From Planctomycetota bacterium (lineage in GTDB: Bacteria > Planctomycetota > UBA1135), in NCBI GenBank assembly GCA_049609225.1, contig JBMYYH010000001.1, forward strand, positions 6,352-70,351: a DNA stretch of 64,000 bases, given 5' to 3'. The notes under the pieces were generated by a model. That model saw only the letters and a list, made by a program, of their open reading frames with translations, was not told the DNA's origin and searched no databases. How positions within the stretch are numbered: position 1 is the stretch's first letter; the number at the start of each line of letters is the position of its first letter. Shown piece after piece: positions 25,838 to 34,149 of the stretch. Position numbers and translations under genes: made by a program.

Positions 25838-26802
25838 TGTTGCTCTCTCCTAGGAAAAGCGCTGCCTCGCAACGAGGCTCTGCCCTGTTACCGCTCGTCG
25901 CCGCCATGTTGATCATGGTGTTGACCGGTGTGGCACTTTCAGAGACTTTCGGCTCGCAACGCATGGAATCCGTCTTGGATGTGGAATCCACGCGCGCGAT
26001 CTGGATTGCGGAAGCTGGAATCTATCACGCTGTCCATGAAGGCAGCGGCATCTCTACGCCGGTTTCCTTCGGCGGCGGAACCTATGCCGTGAATAAGGAT
26101 GGCAACATTTATGTCTCGGATGGAATCCGCGGCATGGCGTATGGCATCGCCACGATGGAAGTCTCCACGGAGGTTGAGAGTGGCCCCTTGGATGTGCCGG
26201 CTTCAATCGCCACACTGGAGATTACGAGCGATAAGAAATATGAGATGAACCTCGTGAGCATCTCCGCGACCGATGTCGAGATTGAATCCTTCGAGCTTAG
26301 CGACGACGCCGATGGGGAGTACGAAGCTCATCGCTTCAAGCTCGACAATCACGATATTTGGCACGAGCACAGTGGTATCGACGTGCCCACTGGAGTCGTG
26401 AACATGAACTCCGGCAACTCCGATAAGCGCACCATCGAGTCGTACGACGACCCGGTCCTGCTCTATCAATCCGATGAGGAGCCGGATGATCCCATTACGT
26501 ACACCCTCGTCCTTCACTTCACGGATGGTCGTCAATCCACTCTGACCTTCACGGTGCCTTGGGGTGACGATGACGATGATGATGATGATGACGATGACGA
26601 CGGCGGAAGCTGTGGTGGTGGCTATGGCTGTGGCGGTGGTTGTGGCAGAGGTAGCTCCGGCCGTGGCTGCGGTGGCGGCGGCTATGGCGGTGGATATGGC
26701 GGTGGCGGATACGGTGGCGGATACGGCGGAGGTTATGGCGGTGGTTATGGTGGAGGTTGTGGTGGCAATGGCGGCGCCGGAGGAGGGCACGAGCACTTCT
26801 AA
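25834..26802 (+). CDS. GspK-like pseudopilin with novel C-terminal domain, D12 tract and Gly/Tyr/Cys-rich tail
   Basis: N-terminus SQRG|SALLPLVAAMLIMVLTG (no Glu at +5, as in GspK). Shared domain at 26182-26562. Then D12 (26566-26601) and the 66-aa tail GGSCGGGYGCGGGCGRGSSGRGCGGGGYGGGYGGGGYGGGYGGGYGGGYGGGCGGNGGAGGGHEHF. Confidence 0.7.
   Translation: MMLLSPRKSAASQRGSALLPLVAAMLIMVLTGVALSETFGSQRMESVLDVESTRAIWIAEAGIYHAVHEGSGISTPVSFGGGTYAVNKDGNIYVSDGIRGMAYGIATMEVSTEVESGPLDVPASIATLEITSDKKYEMNLVSISATDVEIESFELSDDADGEYEAHRFKLDNHDIWHEHSGIDVPTGVVNMNSGNSDKRTIESYDDPVLLYQSDEEPDDPITYTLVLHFTDGRQSTLTFTVPWGDDDDDDDDDDDDGGSCGGGYGCGGGCGRGSSGRGCGGGGYGGGYGGGGYGGGYGGGYGGGYGGGCGGNGGAGGGHEHF
26566..26799 (+). repeat. 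in-frame low-complexity coding repeat: (GAY)12 followed by GGN-GGN-TAY-type repeats
   Basis: gac gat gac gat gat gat gat gat gac gat gac gac, then repeated ggc ggt gga tat / ggc gga tac units up to the stop at 26800-26802. Confidence 0.9.
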
Positions 26803-27923
26803 TGCGCACTTCTCACAACCAAAGAACCAGTTGCTCCAAACGGTTCACGGATGTTGCCCAACGTGGCATCACCCTGGTGGAGACCGTCATCGCGGTCTTG
26901 GTACTGGGCATTGCTGTCCCCCCACTGGTGACCCTCTTCGGAGAAGTCTCCACGCAAACGGTGGATGACTCTTACCAGCGTGTCGCGTTGATCTATGCCG
27001 AGTCGATGCTCGAGGAGATCGTCTCCAAGGAGTTCGAAGACCCGCAGTCAAGCACGGGTAGCTTCGGCACGGAAGAAGGTCTACGCGCGAATTTCGATGA
27101 CATCGATGACTTCGATGGCCTGAGCAACTCCCCGCCCAAGCATATCGATGGAAGCCTACTCGATCAGTACGCCGGCTTCACGCGCAGCGTCATCATCGAC
27201 AATGTCACTGCAGAGGAAACGGATCCAGCAAGCGCGGAATCCGATGGTTCCACCGACTTCAAGCGCATTCGCGTGACGGTGGCGTGGACGTCCGGTCGCG
27301 GTGGTGAAGTCACCTTGGCGACCTTGCGTTCGCAACTTTCGACAGCAGGACCGACTGGATTACTGGATGTCCCTGCTTCCGTCGCGACGATTCGTAAGAC
27401 CGCTTCCAAGAAGTTCGCTCTGGACCTCGTCAACATTTCCGGGGAAGACCTGGTCATTGAATCCTTCGAGATAAGCGAAGGTAGTAGTGAAAGTAGTGGC
27501 AGTGGCTGTGTCGCGAGTTGTGTTTGTTGCGGCGGCGTCGGCACTTGCCCCTATGACTGCGATGATCGCCACGAGGATGAAGATGACATCTGCGATGACG
27601 AAGATGATCTCGACGGTGATGATGAAGATGACTGCGGATATGACGGAGACGACGACGATGATGATGACGACCCTGAAACCAAGGTCAAGAAGCTCCGCCT
27701 AGACTCCAAACAGATTTGGTCCAAGGGCAGCGGCATCTGGTTGCCGACCGGCATCACCGACCTCAATAAGGGCAGCACCTCCGACCGCACCATTGATTGG
27801 GACGACTCTCCCAAGCTCGAATTCCAGGTGAAGGAAAAGCCCGAGGACAGCATGGCTTACACGCTGACCCTGTATTTCACGGACGGCCGTAGCTCGACGC
27901 TTCCCTTCACGGTCGATTGGTAG
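26802..27923 (+). CDS. GspI-like pseudopilin with paralogous novel domain interrupted by a Cys/Asp-rich insertion
   Basis: ATG 26802 overlaps the upstream TAA. Prepilin signal AQRG|ITLVETVIAVLVLGI with Glu at +5. Shared domain at 27357-27920, with a 66-aa insertion at 27480-27677 (8 Cys, 30 Asp/Glu, ends in D8). Confidence 0.7.
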   Translation: MRTSHNQRTSCSKRFTDVAQRGITLVETVIAVLVLGIAVPPLVTLFGEVSTQTVDDSYQRVALIYAESMLEEIVSKEFEDPQSSTGSFGTEEGLRANFDDIDDFDGLSNSPPKHIDGSLLDQYAGFTRSVIIDNVTAEETDPASAESDGSTDFKRIRVTVAWTSGRGGEVTLATLRSQLSTAGPTGLLDVPASVATIRKTASKKFALDLVNISGEDLVIESFEISEGSSESSGSGCVASCVCCGGVGTCPYDCDDRHEDEDDICDDEDDLDGDDEDDCGYDGDDDDDDDDPETKVKKLRLDSKQIWSKGSGIWLPTGITDLNKGSTSDRTIDWDDSPKLEFQVKEKPEDSMAYTLTLYFTDGRSSTLPFTVDW

Positions 27924-27939
27924 AAGAACGGGCTTACTG

Positions 27940-27972
27940 GCCTGAAAACAGCGCTTTTTAGGCGGTTTTTTC
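27940..27972 (+). terminator. terminator/attenuator-like hairpin between the pilin genes and pilM-like gene
   Basis: gcctgaaaa-cagcgc-tttttaggc (one mismatch) followed by ggtttttt. Lies 17 nt after the stop at 27921-27923. Confidence 0.35.
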
Positions 27973-28040
27973 ACTTAAGGGAATTCCCCTCTTTTTCCGA
28001 AAAGAAGCAGGGACTCCCTCCTGGCACGTACGACCAGACC

Positions 28041-29747
28041 ATGGAATCCCCCTCGTCCATGAAATCCTTTCGCAAGAGACACCGTCACACCGTCGTGGTG
28101 GATATCGGTCGCGGCTCCATCAAGATGGCTGCGGCGGAAGCTGCTGGAGAAGCGCGTCGGTTCCGCAACATCACCAAGGTTGCTCTGCCACAAGAGGACA
28201 TCCTCGGGGAGGAGGATTTGGCCAAGGTCGTCGAGCAGTTGCGTGCCGAGGTCTTGAAGAACGGCTGGAATGGTGCGCCGGCAGCCTGCCTGCTTTCGCA
28301 ACGATCCACCAGCACCCATACCTATCTGCTGCCGCCCATGCCTGATGAAGAGATTCGTCAAGCCATCGAATTGAAACTGCGAGATACGCTGCATTTCGAT
28401 GTCGACGAAGCGGTGTTCGATTTCCGCTGCAATCAGGATGCTGCCGACGCCGACCAGCCCCGCATGATGGTTCAGGTGGTCGTCGCGCGGAAGGATGCCC
28501 TGCTGCGCAACTTGTCCGTGATTCGCCAAGCTGGACTGCACCCCGTCTCGGTGAGTGCGGCGAGTGAATCTCTGGCCAACCTCACTTGCTTGAGCAGTCT
28601 CGAGCACCAAGATGAGGCTTCCATCCACATCGACCTTGGCACCGATTCCACGGTCATCAACCTGTTCGATGGTCAGGTTCTTCGTTTCAGTCGGGAGATC
28701 GACGTCACCGGCGACAGTTTCGCCGAAGCCTTGACGCGGCCAATCCTCACGACGACCCAAGATGTCGTGCGCCTGACGTTGAACCAAGCACGTGAAATCC
28801 TCCTTCTGACGGGATTCCCCCGCACCGATACCGGCGTGGTGCTTCCGCATGGCGTCAGTGTCGCTGACATCATGCCGCTCGCCGCTCCGGTAGCGCAGAA
28901 GCTCACCACCGAGATCCGACGTTCGATCGAATACCTCAATGGTCTGCTCGACCGCACCGGAAAAGTCGAGATCGTGTTGTCTGGATCCGCTGGGTCCATG
29001 CCGAACCTGAGCCGGATGCTTGAGGAGAACCTGCATCATCCGGTTTCCTTCGTCGATCCAGTGGAACACGCCATCGAGCATTGGCGTCTTGCCATCTGCG
29101 ACGAGAACCCACCCCCCGCTGCAGAGTTCTCCGCAGTCCTCGGCTATTCGCTGGGACATCATGTGCCGCTCAACCTGCTGTCCCAGGAAGAGGCTGCCAA
29201 TGAAGCGCGTCAACGTGCGACTCGTGACCAACGCGTGCGCGCGACGGGTGCCGTCGCCCTTCTTTCCTGCTTGGCAATGGTCGCGCTCCCTTTGAACCGC
29301 AGTTACGTCAACGCCAACAAGCAGGCCAAAAGCACATCCATCACCCTGGATGGTCAGATTGCCGAGCAATCCGCTGCGGTTTCGCAATGGGCGGCATTCC
29401 AGGACAAGACCACCAAGGTCGCCTTGGCGCGCGGCCCCATCGCCGACTGGTCCGGTGTGATGAAGGAGATCACTGCCCTCCTTCCCGATTCCGTTCAGAT
29501 CACTTCGCTGGAGACGGATCGCAAGGATGGCGCCTTAGTCATCCATATGGAAGCCCGGGTCTATCCCGGCATGCAGGCGAGTCGCGCCACCTTGACGCGC
29601 CTGTCCCAGGCCTTGAATGATTCGCCGTTCTTCGACAAGGTCCGTGTGATCCAGGCATCGGTTCCGGTGCAGGACACCAAGGGCAAATTCGAAGCCACCT
29701 TCGAGGTCATCACGCCTCCCATCCGCACGGAGGCCTTGCCATCATGA
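28041..29747 (+). CDS. PilM-PilN fusion (GspL-like) assembly protein
   Basis: N-terminal actin-like PilM region (TVVVDIGRGSIKMAAAE...), then a single TM helix (GAVALLSCLAMVALPL) and a PilN-like periplasmic part. 568 aa. Confidence 0.75.
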   Translation: MESPSSMKSFRKRHRHTVVVDIGRGSIKMAAAEAAGEARRFRNITKVALPQEDILGEEDLAKVVEQLRAEVLKNGWNGAPAACLLSQRSTSTHTYLLPPMPDEEIRQAIELKLRDTLHFDVDEAVFDFRCNQDAADADQPRMMVQVVVARKDALLRNLSVIRQAGLHPVSVSAASESLANLTCLSSLEHQDEASIHIDLGTDSTVINLFDGQVLRFSREIDVTGDSFAEALTRPILTTTQDVVRLTLNQAREILLLTGFPRTDTGVVLPHGVSVADIMPLAAPVAQKLTTEIRRSIEYLNGLLDRTGKVEIVLSGSAGSMPNLSRMLEENLHHPVSFVDPVEHAIEHWRLAICDENPPPAAEFSAVLGYSLGHHVPLNLLSQEEAANEARQRATRDQRVRATGAVALLSCLAMVALPLNRSYVNANKQAKSTSITLDGQIAEQSAAVSQWAAFQDKTTKVALARGPIADWSGVMKEITALLPDSVQITSLETDRKDGALVIHMEARVYPGMQASRATLTRLSQALNDSPFFDKVRVIQASVPVQDTKGKFEATFEVITPPIRTEALPS

Positions 29748-30304
29748 TGCGCACGCTTACGAACTCCTCCATCCGCTTCCTCGGCAGCGGCCCTGGACTC
29801 GCCATCATCCTGGTCATCGCTTTGGCATGGGTGGTCGTGCACCTCTCCGGGTTGAAGAGTGAATCCGGACGCCTCCAAGAGGAAGTGGCGGGCAAGCAGG
29901 AGACCTTTACGCGCAACATCGCGTTCGCAAATGGATCGGCTAACCACAAGTTCGCCAAGAGTGAACTCGCGAAATGGCAGGATCTTGCGGAGCACGAAGC
30001 TTCGCGCATCTCGGCCCTGTCCATCGTCGCGCAAAGCGCGGAAGCCACCATCGTGTCCCTGCGTAGCCGCGAATCCGAAGTCCTGAAGGAACAGGGATTG
30101 GCCCGCCTCTCCCACGAGATCGAGACCGTCGGCCAACAGCACCAAATCGCCGCATTCCTCGACGGCATCTATTCCATGGAAGGGATGGCGTCGATTGAAT
30201 CGATGGTGCTCACCGCGGAGGACGAAGACGATCCCGAAACCCTGGTCGCCTTCCTTACCGTGACCTGGCATGCACCGCATGAGACGGAGGAGGATCCATC
30301 ATGA
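29744..30304 (+). CDS. PilO/GspM-like bitopic assembly protein
   Basis: N-terminal TM helix (GLAIILVIALAWVVV), a coiled coil, and a C-terminal ferredoxin-like segment (HEIETVGQQHQIAAFLDGIYSMEG). Position in the operon supports the call. Confidence 0.55.
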   Translation: MMRTLTNSSIRFLGSGPGLAIILVIALAWVVVHLSGLKSESGRLQEEVAGKQETFTRNIAFANGSANHKFAKSELAKWQDLAEHEASRISALSIVAQSAEATIVSLRSRESEVLKEQGLARLSHEIETVGQQHQIAAFLDGIYSMEGMASIESMVLTAEDEDDPETLVAFLTVTWHAPHETEEDPS

Positions 30305-30777
30305 ATCAGCCCTCCAAGCGCATGAAGGTGTTCCTCGGCAGCGCCGTCATCCTGATCGCCGCCGTCGCAGCATTGCCTTCGAAAGGGGCGCAAGGCTCGA
30401 CCGCAACCAACCAGGAAGGTTTCGTGCCGAAGCCTTTCCGTTCCAATGCATCCGCAACGGAAATCCCACAAGGTGATGCGATGACGCTCCAACGCCGTCG
30501 CTCTGAAGAGTTGTCCTGGGGACGCAATCCATTCCGCGACCCTCGTGATTACCTGGATACCACCGAACGTGTTCCTCAGTACGTGGCAAAAGACCTGCCC
30601 AAACTTTCCGGCATCTCCACGATTGGAGACGAGCGCATGGCCATCATCGGTCGGCAGATCGTCGGCGTGGGTGATGTCCTTGAATCCGGTCACCTGGTGA
30701 CGGGAGTCTCGGAAACCAACGTTTCGCTGCAACGCGAAGGCAAAGGCTACACCTTGCATCTGGAGATGAAACCATGA
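30301..30777 (+). CDS. PilP/GspC-like protein
   Basis: Signal/TM segment (VFLGSAVILIAAVAAL). C-terminal beta domain LSGISTIGDERMAIIGRQIVGVGDVLESGHLVTGVSETNVSLQREGKGYTL. Lies immediately upstream of the secretin gene. Confidence 0.5.
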   Translation: MNQPSKRMKVFLGSAVILIAAVAALPSKGAQGSTATNQEGFVPKPFRSNASATEIPQGDAMTLQRRRSEELSWGRNPFRDPRDYLDTTERVPQYVAKDLPKLSGISTIGDERMAIIGRQIVGVGDVLESGHLVTGVSETNVSLQREGKGYTLHLEMKP

Positions 30778-32396
30778 ATCCAATCCCCCTGACTTGCGGC
30801 ATCCTGAGCTTATGCGCCGTATTCGCGACACCAGCCCCAGCGCAGCAGTCTGAAGCCGCGCAGGAGCCGACGATCAGCCTGCAGTTGGTCGATACGGATA
30901 TCCGTGATGCCCTACGCATGGTCGCGAAACAAGGCGACATCAACCTGGTCATGAGCAATGGCGTCGAAGGTTCCCTTTCCTTGGAGCTGAACGATGTCAC
31001 CATTCGTGAGACGCTGGACGCCATCGTCAGTGTCGGCGGCTATCGCTACAACATCAACGGCAACATCGTCACGGTGACTTCCCTGGAGGAAGAACTGGAG
31101 CGCGATCGCCTGCGCGCTGAGGTCTATCCGGATCTGCCACCGGAGCTTGATGCCCTGGTGATTGAGTTGCGCTATGTCGATGCCGAACGCGTGAAGGCCG
31201 TGGTCGAGAAGATGCTCAATCAGACGGGTTCCGTTTCCATCCTGAAGACCCCGGACCAGGTCGCGCAGACCAACCGCAATCAGTACGGCGTCAACGGACG
31301 CAGTGGCGGCAACTACAACAACAACGGTTCCAACCGTCAGCAAGGCAACTCCGGCGAGAGCCTCCAGATCGCCAGTCAGTTGACCTCCTCGACCCAGGGA
31401 ACTCCGGCCGTGTCCCACACCCTCGTGGTGATGGACACGCCGGCGAAGTTGGAGCAGGTGCAGAAGGTCGTCGATCGCATCGACGTCAAGCCACCGCAGG
31501 TCCTGATCGAAGCCCGTTTCGTCGAAGTCTCCTTGGACGACGTCGACAAGATGGGTATCGATTGGAACTTGGTCGCAAGCGCGACGGGTGGCTCCACACC
31601 GACGACGTTCCCATTCGGTGACTCTACGCTCGGCTCCTTCGGCCCGAACGTCGAAGGTGGCACTGGACCTGGTGTCTACCCATCCGCGCCGAACTCCGTC
31701 TCTTCGCCGACGGCCGCGGGACTCTTCACCTTCGGAACGCTGGACTTCTCCGCCTTCTCCGCAGTCCTGCAGTTGATCCAGACGGATTCGCGCGTGAAGA
31801 TCGTCTCGAATCCACGCATCGTGGTCGGTGACCGTCATACGGCAACCATCCTCGTGGGTGAGCGTTATCCGATCCTGAGCGCGAACATCTCTGAGTTCGG
31901 CACCGTGACCGAGCAGCTGGATCGCTACGAGCCGATCGGTGTGCAACTCGAAGTCACGCCTGCAGTCCTCGGCGATGATGAAATCGAACTCCTGGTGCGC
32001 CCTTCGACCAGTTCGCTCGGCGGCGTCGTCTCCGGTTCGACTGGATTGGAAGTCGCGCGGATCAACTCGCGTCAGATCGACACTTCCGTCACGACCAAAG
32101 ACACCCAGACGGTGGTTCTCGGCGGTCTTTTCACCACGCGTGAAGTCGACGAGAAATCGGGTATCCCCTACCTCAGCGCGGTGCCCTTGGTCGGTGGACT
32201 GTTCGAAAGCGAAACCACCACGGTGGAGCGCGTCGATCTCGTGATCTTCCTGACCGTGACCATCGTGCACGAAGGAGGCCTCACCGCCTCGCAGAAGCAG
32301 ATGTTCGATGACTCCACCGTCGATGAACAGGTCATGCTCGACCCCAACAAGCCGCAAAGCCGTCTCGGCTTCAGCTCTACTGGCCCGCAAGAGTAG
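30774..32396 (+). CDS. secretin (GspD/PilQ family)
   Basis: Signal peptide, N0-like domain (ISLQLVDTDIRDALRMVAKQGDINLV), and secretin core (VKIVSNPRIVVGDRHTATILVGERYPI ... TVVLGGLFTTREVDEKSGIPYLSAVPLVGGLF). Confidence 0.9.
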   Translation: MNPIPLTCGILSLCAVFATPAPAQQSEAAQEPTISLQLVDTDIRDALRMVAKQGDINLVMSNGVEGSLSLELNDVTIRETLDAIVSVGGYRYNINGNIVTVTSLEEELERDRLRAEVYPDLPPELDALVIELRYVDAERVKAVVEKMLNQTGSVSILKTPDQVAQTNRNQYGVNGRSGGNYNNNGSNRQQGNSGESLQIASQLTSSTQGTPAVSHTLVVMDTPAKLEQVQKVVDRIDVKPPQVLIEARFVEVSLDDVDKMGIDWNLVASATGGSTPTTFPFGDSTLGSFGPNVEGGTGPGVYPSAPNSVSSPTAAGLFTFGTLDFSAFSAVLQLIQTDSRVKIVSNPRIVVGDRHTATILVGERYPILSANISEFGTVTEQLDRYEPIGVQLEVTPAVLGDDEIELLVRPSTSSLGGVVSGSTGLEVARINSRQIDTSVTTKDTQTVVLGGLFTTREVDEKSGIPYLSAVPLVGGLFESETTTVERVDLVIFLTVTIVHEGGLTASQKQMFDDSTVDEQVMLDPNKPQSRLGFSSTGPQE

Positions 32397-32416
32397 ATCG
32401 CACCAAAGGCAACATC

Positions 32417-33262
32417 ATGAAACCACTCGCGCATCCGTCGAAAGCACTCGCCGTCCTACTCGTGTCGACCGTGATCGGTTGTGCTTCGGCCAGCCCCATG
32501 ATGGAGGCCGGCGATCGGCATCTCGCGACGCATGATTACCACAAGGCCTTGGCCAGCTATGACCTTGCCCTTCAGGAGAAGGAGTCCGGTGCATCGCACG
32601 CCGGTCGCGCCCGCGCACTCGTTGCCCTTGGGCATGCTGACGCAGCCATCGCCGCCTACGCCCAGGCGTTGGTGTTCGAGCCGCAACGCGCGGATTGGCA
32701 TGTCGGTATCGCAGTCGTCCGCCTCGGCCAACGCGACCTGGATGCAGCCATTGCTTCCTGCAATCAGGCCATTGCACTCGACCCTTCTTGTGCACGCGCT
32801 TTCTACAACCGTGGGTTCGCGCATCAACTGCAGGGCGACCGCGAGTTGGCGTTCCAGGATTACTGCAATGCCATCCAAGCCGATGCCGCTTTTGCCGACG
32901 CCTACAACAGCCGAGGCATTCTTCTCGCCGAGCAAGGTGACATGGCGAAGGCCATGCAGGACTTCCAGGCGGCTGTCCAACGCTCTCCGCAACTCGCGAA
33001 TGCATACGCCAACATGGCTTCCGTGCATTATTCCGCCGGAGATGCAGAGCGCGCCTTCATGAACCTGAACGCCGCCATCCGCGCCGAACGCGACAACCCG
33101 CTTTACTACAAGAACCGTGGGTTGATCTATTTCGATCTCGGCAAGCATGCGATGGCGCATAAGGATTTTGAGCAGGCCTTGATCCTCTCACCAGAGGATC
33201 CACATCTCAAGGATCTCCATGCACGGACCCAGCCCGCGGAACTCGCCTCGATGGAACGATGA
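32417..33262 (+). CDS. TPR-repeat lipoprotein (possible secretin pilotin, PilF/PilW-like)
   Basis: Lipobox LLVSTVIGC followed by about 6 TPR units (AxxAYxxALxxxP patterns). Confidence 0.75.
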   Translation: MKPLAHPSKALAVLLVSTVIGCASASPMMEAGDRHLATHDYHKALASYDLALQEKESGASHAGRARALVALGHADAAIAAYAQALVFEPQRADWHVGIAVVRLGQRDLDAAIASCNQAIALDPSCARAFYNRGFAHQLQGDRELAFQDYCNAIQADAAFADAYNSRGILLAEQGDMAKAMQDFQAAVQRSPQLANAYANMASVHYSAGDAERAFMNLNAAIRAERDNPLYYKNRGLIYFDLGKHAMAHKDFEQALILSPEDPHLKDLHARTQPAELASMER

Positions 33263-34149
33263 AGTTGGTCTCCCTCAAGAATCCGAAGCCGAAGAAGAGC
33301 GCTAGCCCCTTTCAGGTCGATGCGCGCGGCCGTGGCCTGTCCGTGAAGCAAGCAGCTCTCGTTGAGCCGGCTGCATTACTCGCTTCTCCTGCAGATCCCA
33401 CGCAAGCACTCGCGGACCGCGAGTCCTTCGAGAAAGTCGTTGCCGCGACCCTCGCCAAGGACCTTGCGCAACTGACACTTGGCTTCGCCATGGCCGAGGA
33501 ATGCGCGAATGCCCTGGAAACCCTGAACTTGGGCCGCTGCAGTGAAACTCCCGACCCCTACCGCATGGTTTGGGTCGCCTCTGAAGGGCGCGAACCCCTG
33601 CGTGGAGTCGTGATTCCCGGACGCTCCGGTGAAGTCGCGGTGTTCTGCCCAGTGAAAGGCGATGCTCCCACCACCATCGGTACCGAGATTGACCTTTCCT
33701 ATCGTGACAGCAAGTCCGATTTGACTTACGACCTACAATTGCTCGACACCGTCTGTCTTGCCGATGCACGCGTGCTGCACTTGGGACGACGTCAGGATCC
33801 GGAAACGGGACATGGGCGTGTGACTGCGCGCCATGAAGTCGAGATTGTCGGATTCGTCCGACGGACGGATGCCGTCGATGGTCCAGCGACCCCCATGCCA
33901 TGCCGCATCGTCGATATCAGCTTCGGCGGCTTGCGTTTGACCTGCACCACGCGTCTCGAGAAGGGTATTCAGATCCAACTCGATGTCTTCCTCGACGACG
34001 GCATCGCTGAACCACTTTCCGTGGCCTGTGAAGTACGTTGGGTCGAGATGGTTCCGGAAGGCCATCAAATCGGACTGCATTTCGGCGAACTGCCGGAGGA
34101 ACAGTCCAAGCGCCTGGAACAAGCGATTGGCCTAATCCGCGCTACTTGA
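33259..34149 (+). CDS. PilZ-domain protein (YcgR-like architecture)
   Basis: C-terminal PilZ motifs RVTAR (33817-33831, RxxxR) and DISFGG (33913-33930, DxSxxG), preceded by a PilZN-like beta region. Confidence 0.8.
   Translation: MKLVSLKNPKPKKSASPFQVDARGRGLSVKQAALVEPAALLASPADPTQALADRESFEKVVAATLAKDLAQLTLGFAMAEECANALETLNLGRCSETPDPYRMVWVASEGREPLRGVVIPGRSGEVAVFCPVKGDAPTTIGTEIDLSYRDSKSDLTYDLQLLDTVCLADARVLHLGRRQDPETGHGRVTARHEVEIVGFVRRTDAVDGPATPMPCRIVDISFGGLRLTCTTRLEKGIQIQLDVFLDDGIAEPLSVACEVRWVEMVPEGHQIGLHFGELPEEQSKRLEQAIGLIRAT

Noticed and set aside
26602-26799. Possibility that the short tandem repeats are a CRISPR array or a non-coding satellite.
   Set aside because: The units are 9-12 nt with no spacers, and they lie in frame inside an ORF that runs to a stop codon. 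There are no cas genes.
26203-26809. Antisense ORFs across the repeat tract, encoding Thr/Ala/Ile-rich and His/Arg-rich low-complexity proteins.
   Set aside because: They are mirror images of the sense-strand GAY and GGN-TAY repeats. The sense frame is continuous with a pseudopilin N-terminus and a conserved domain.
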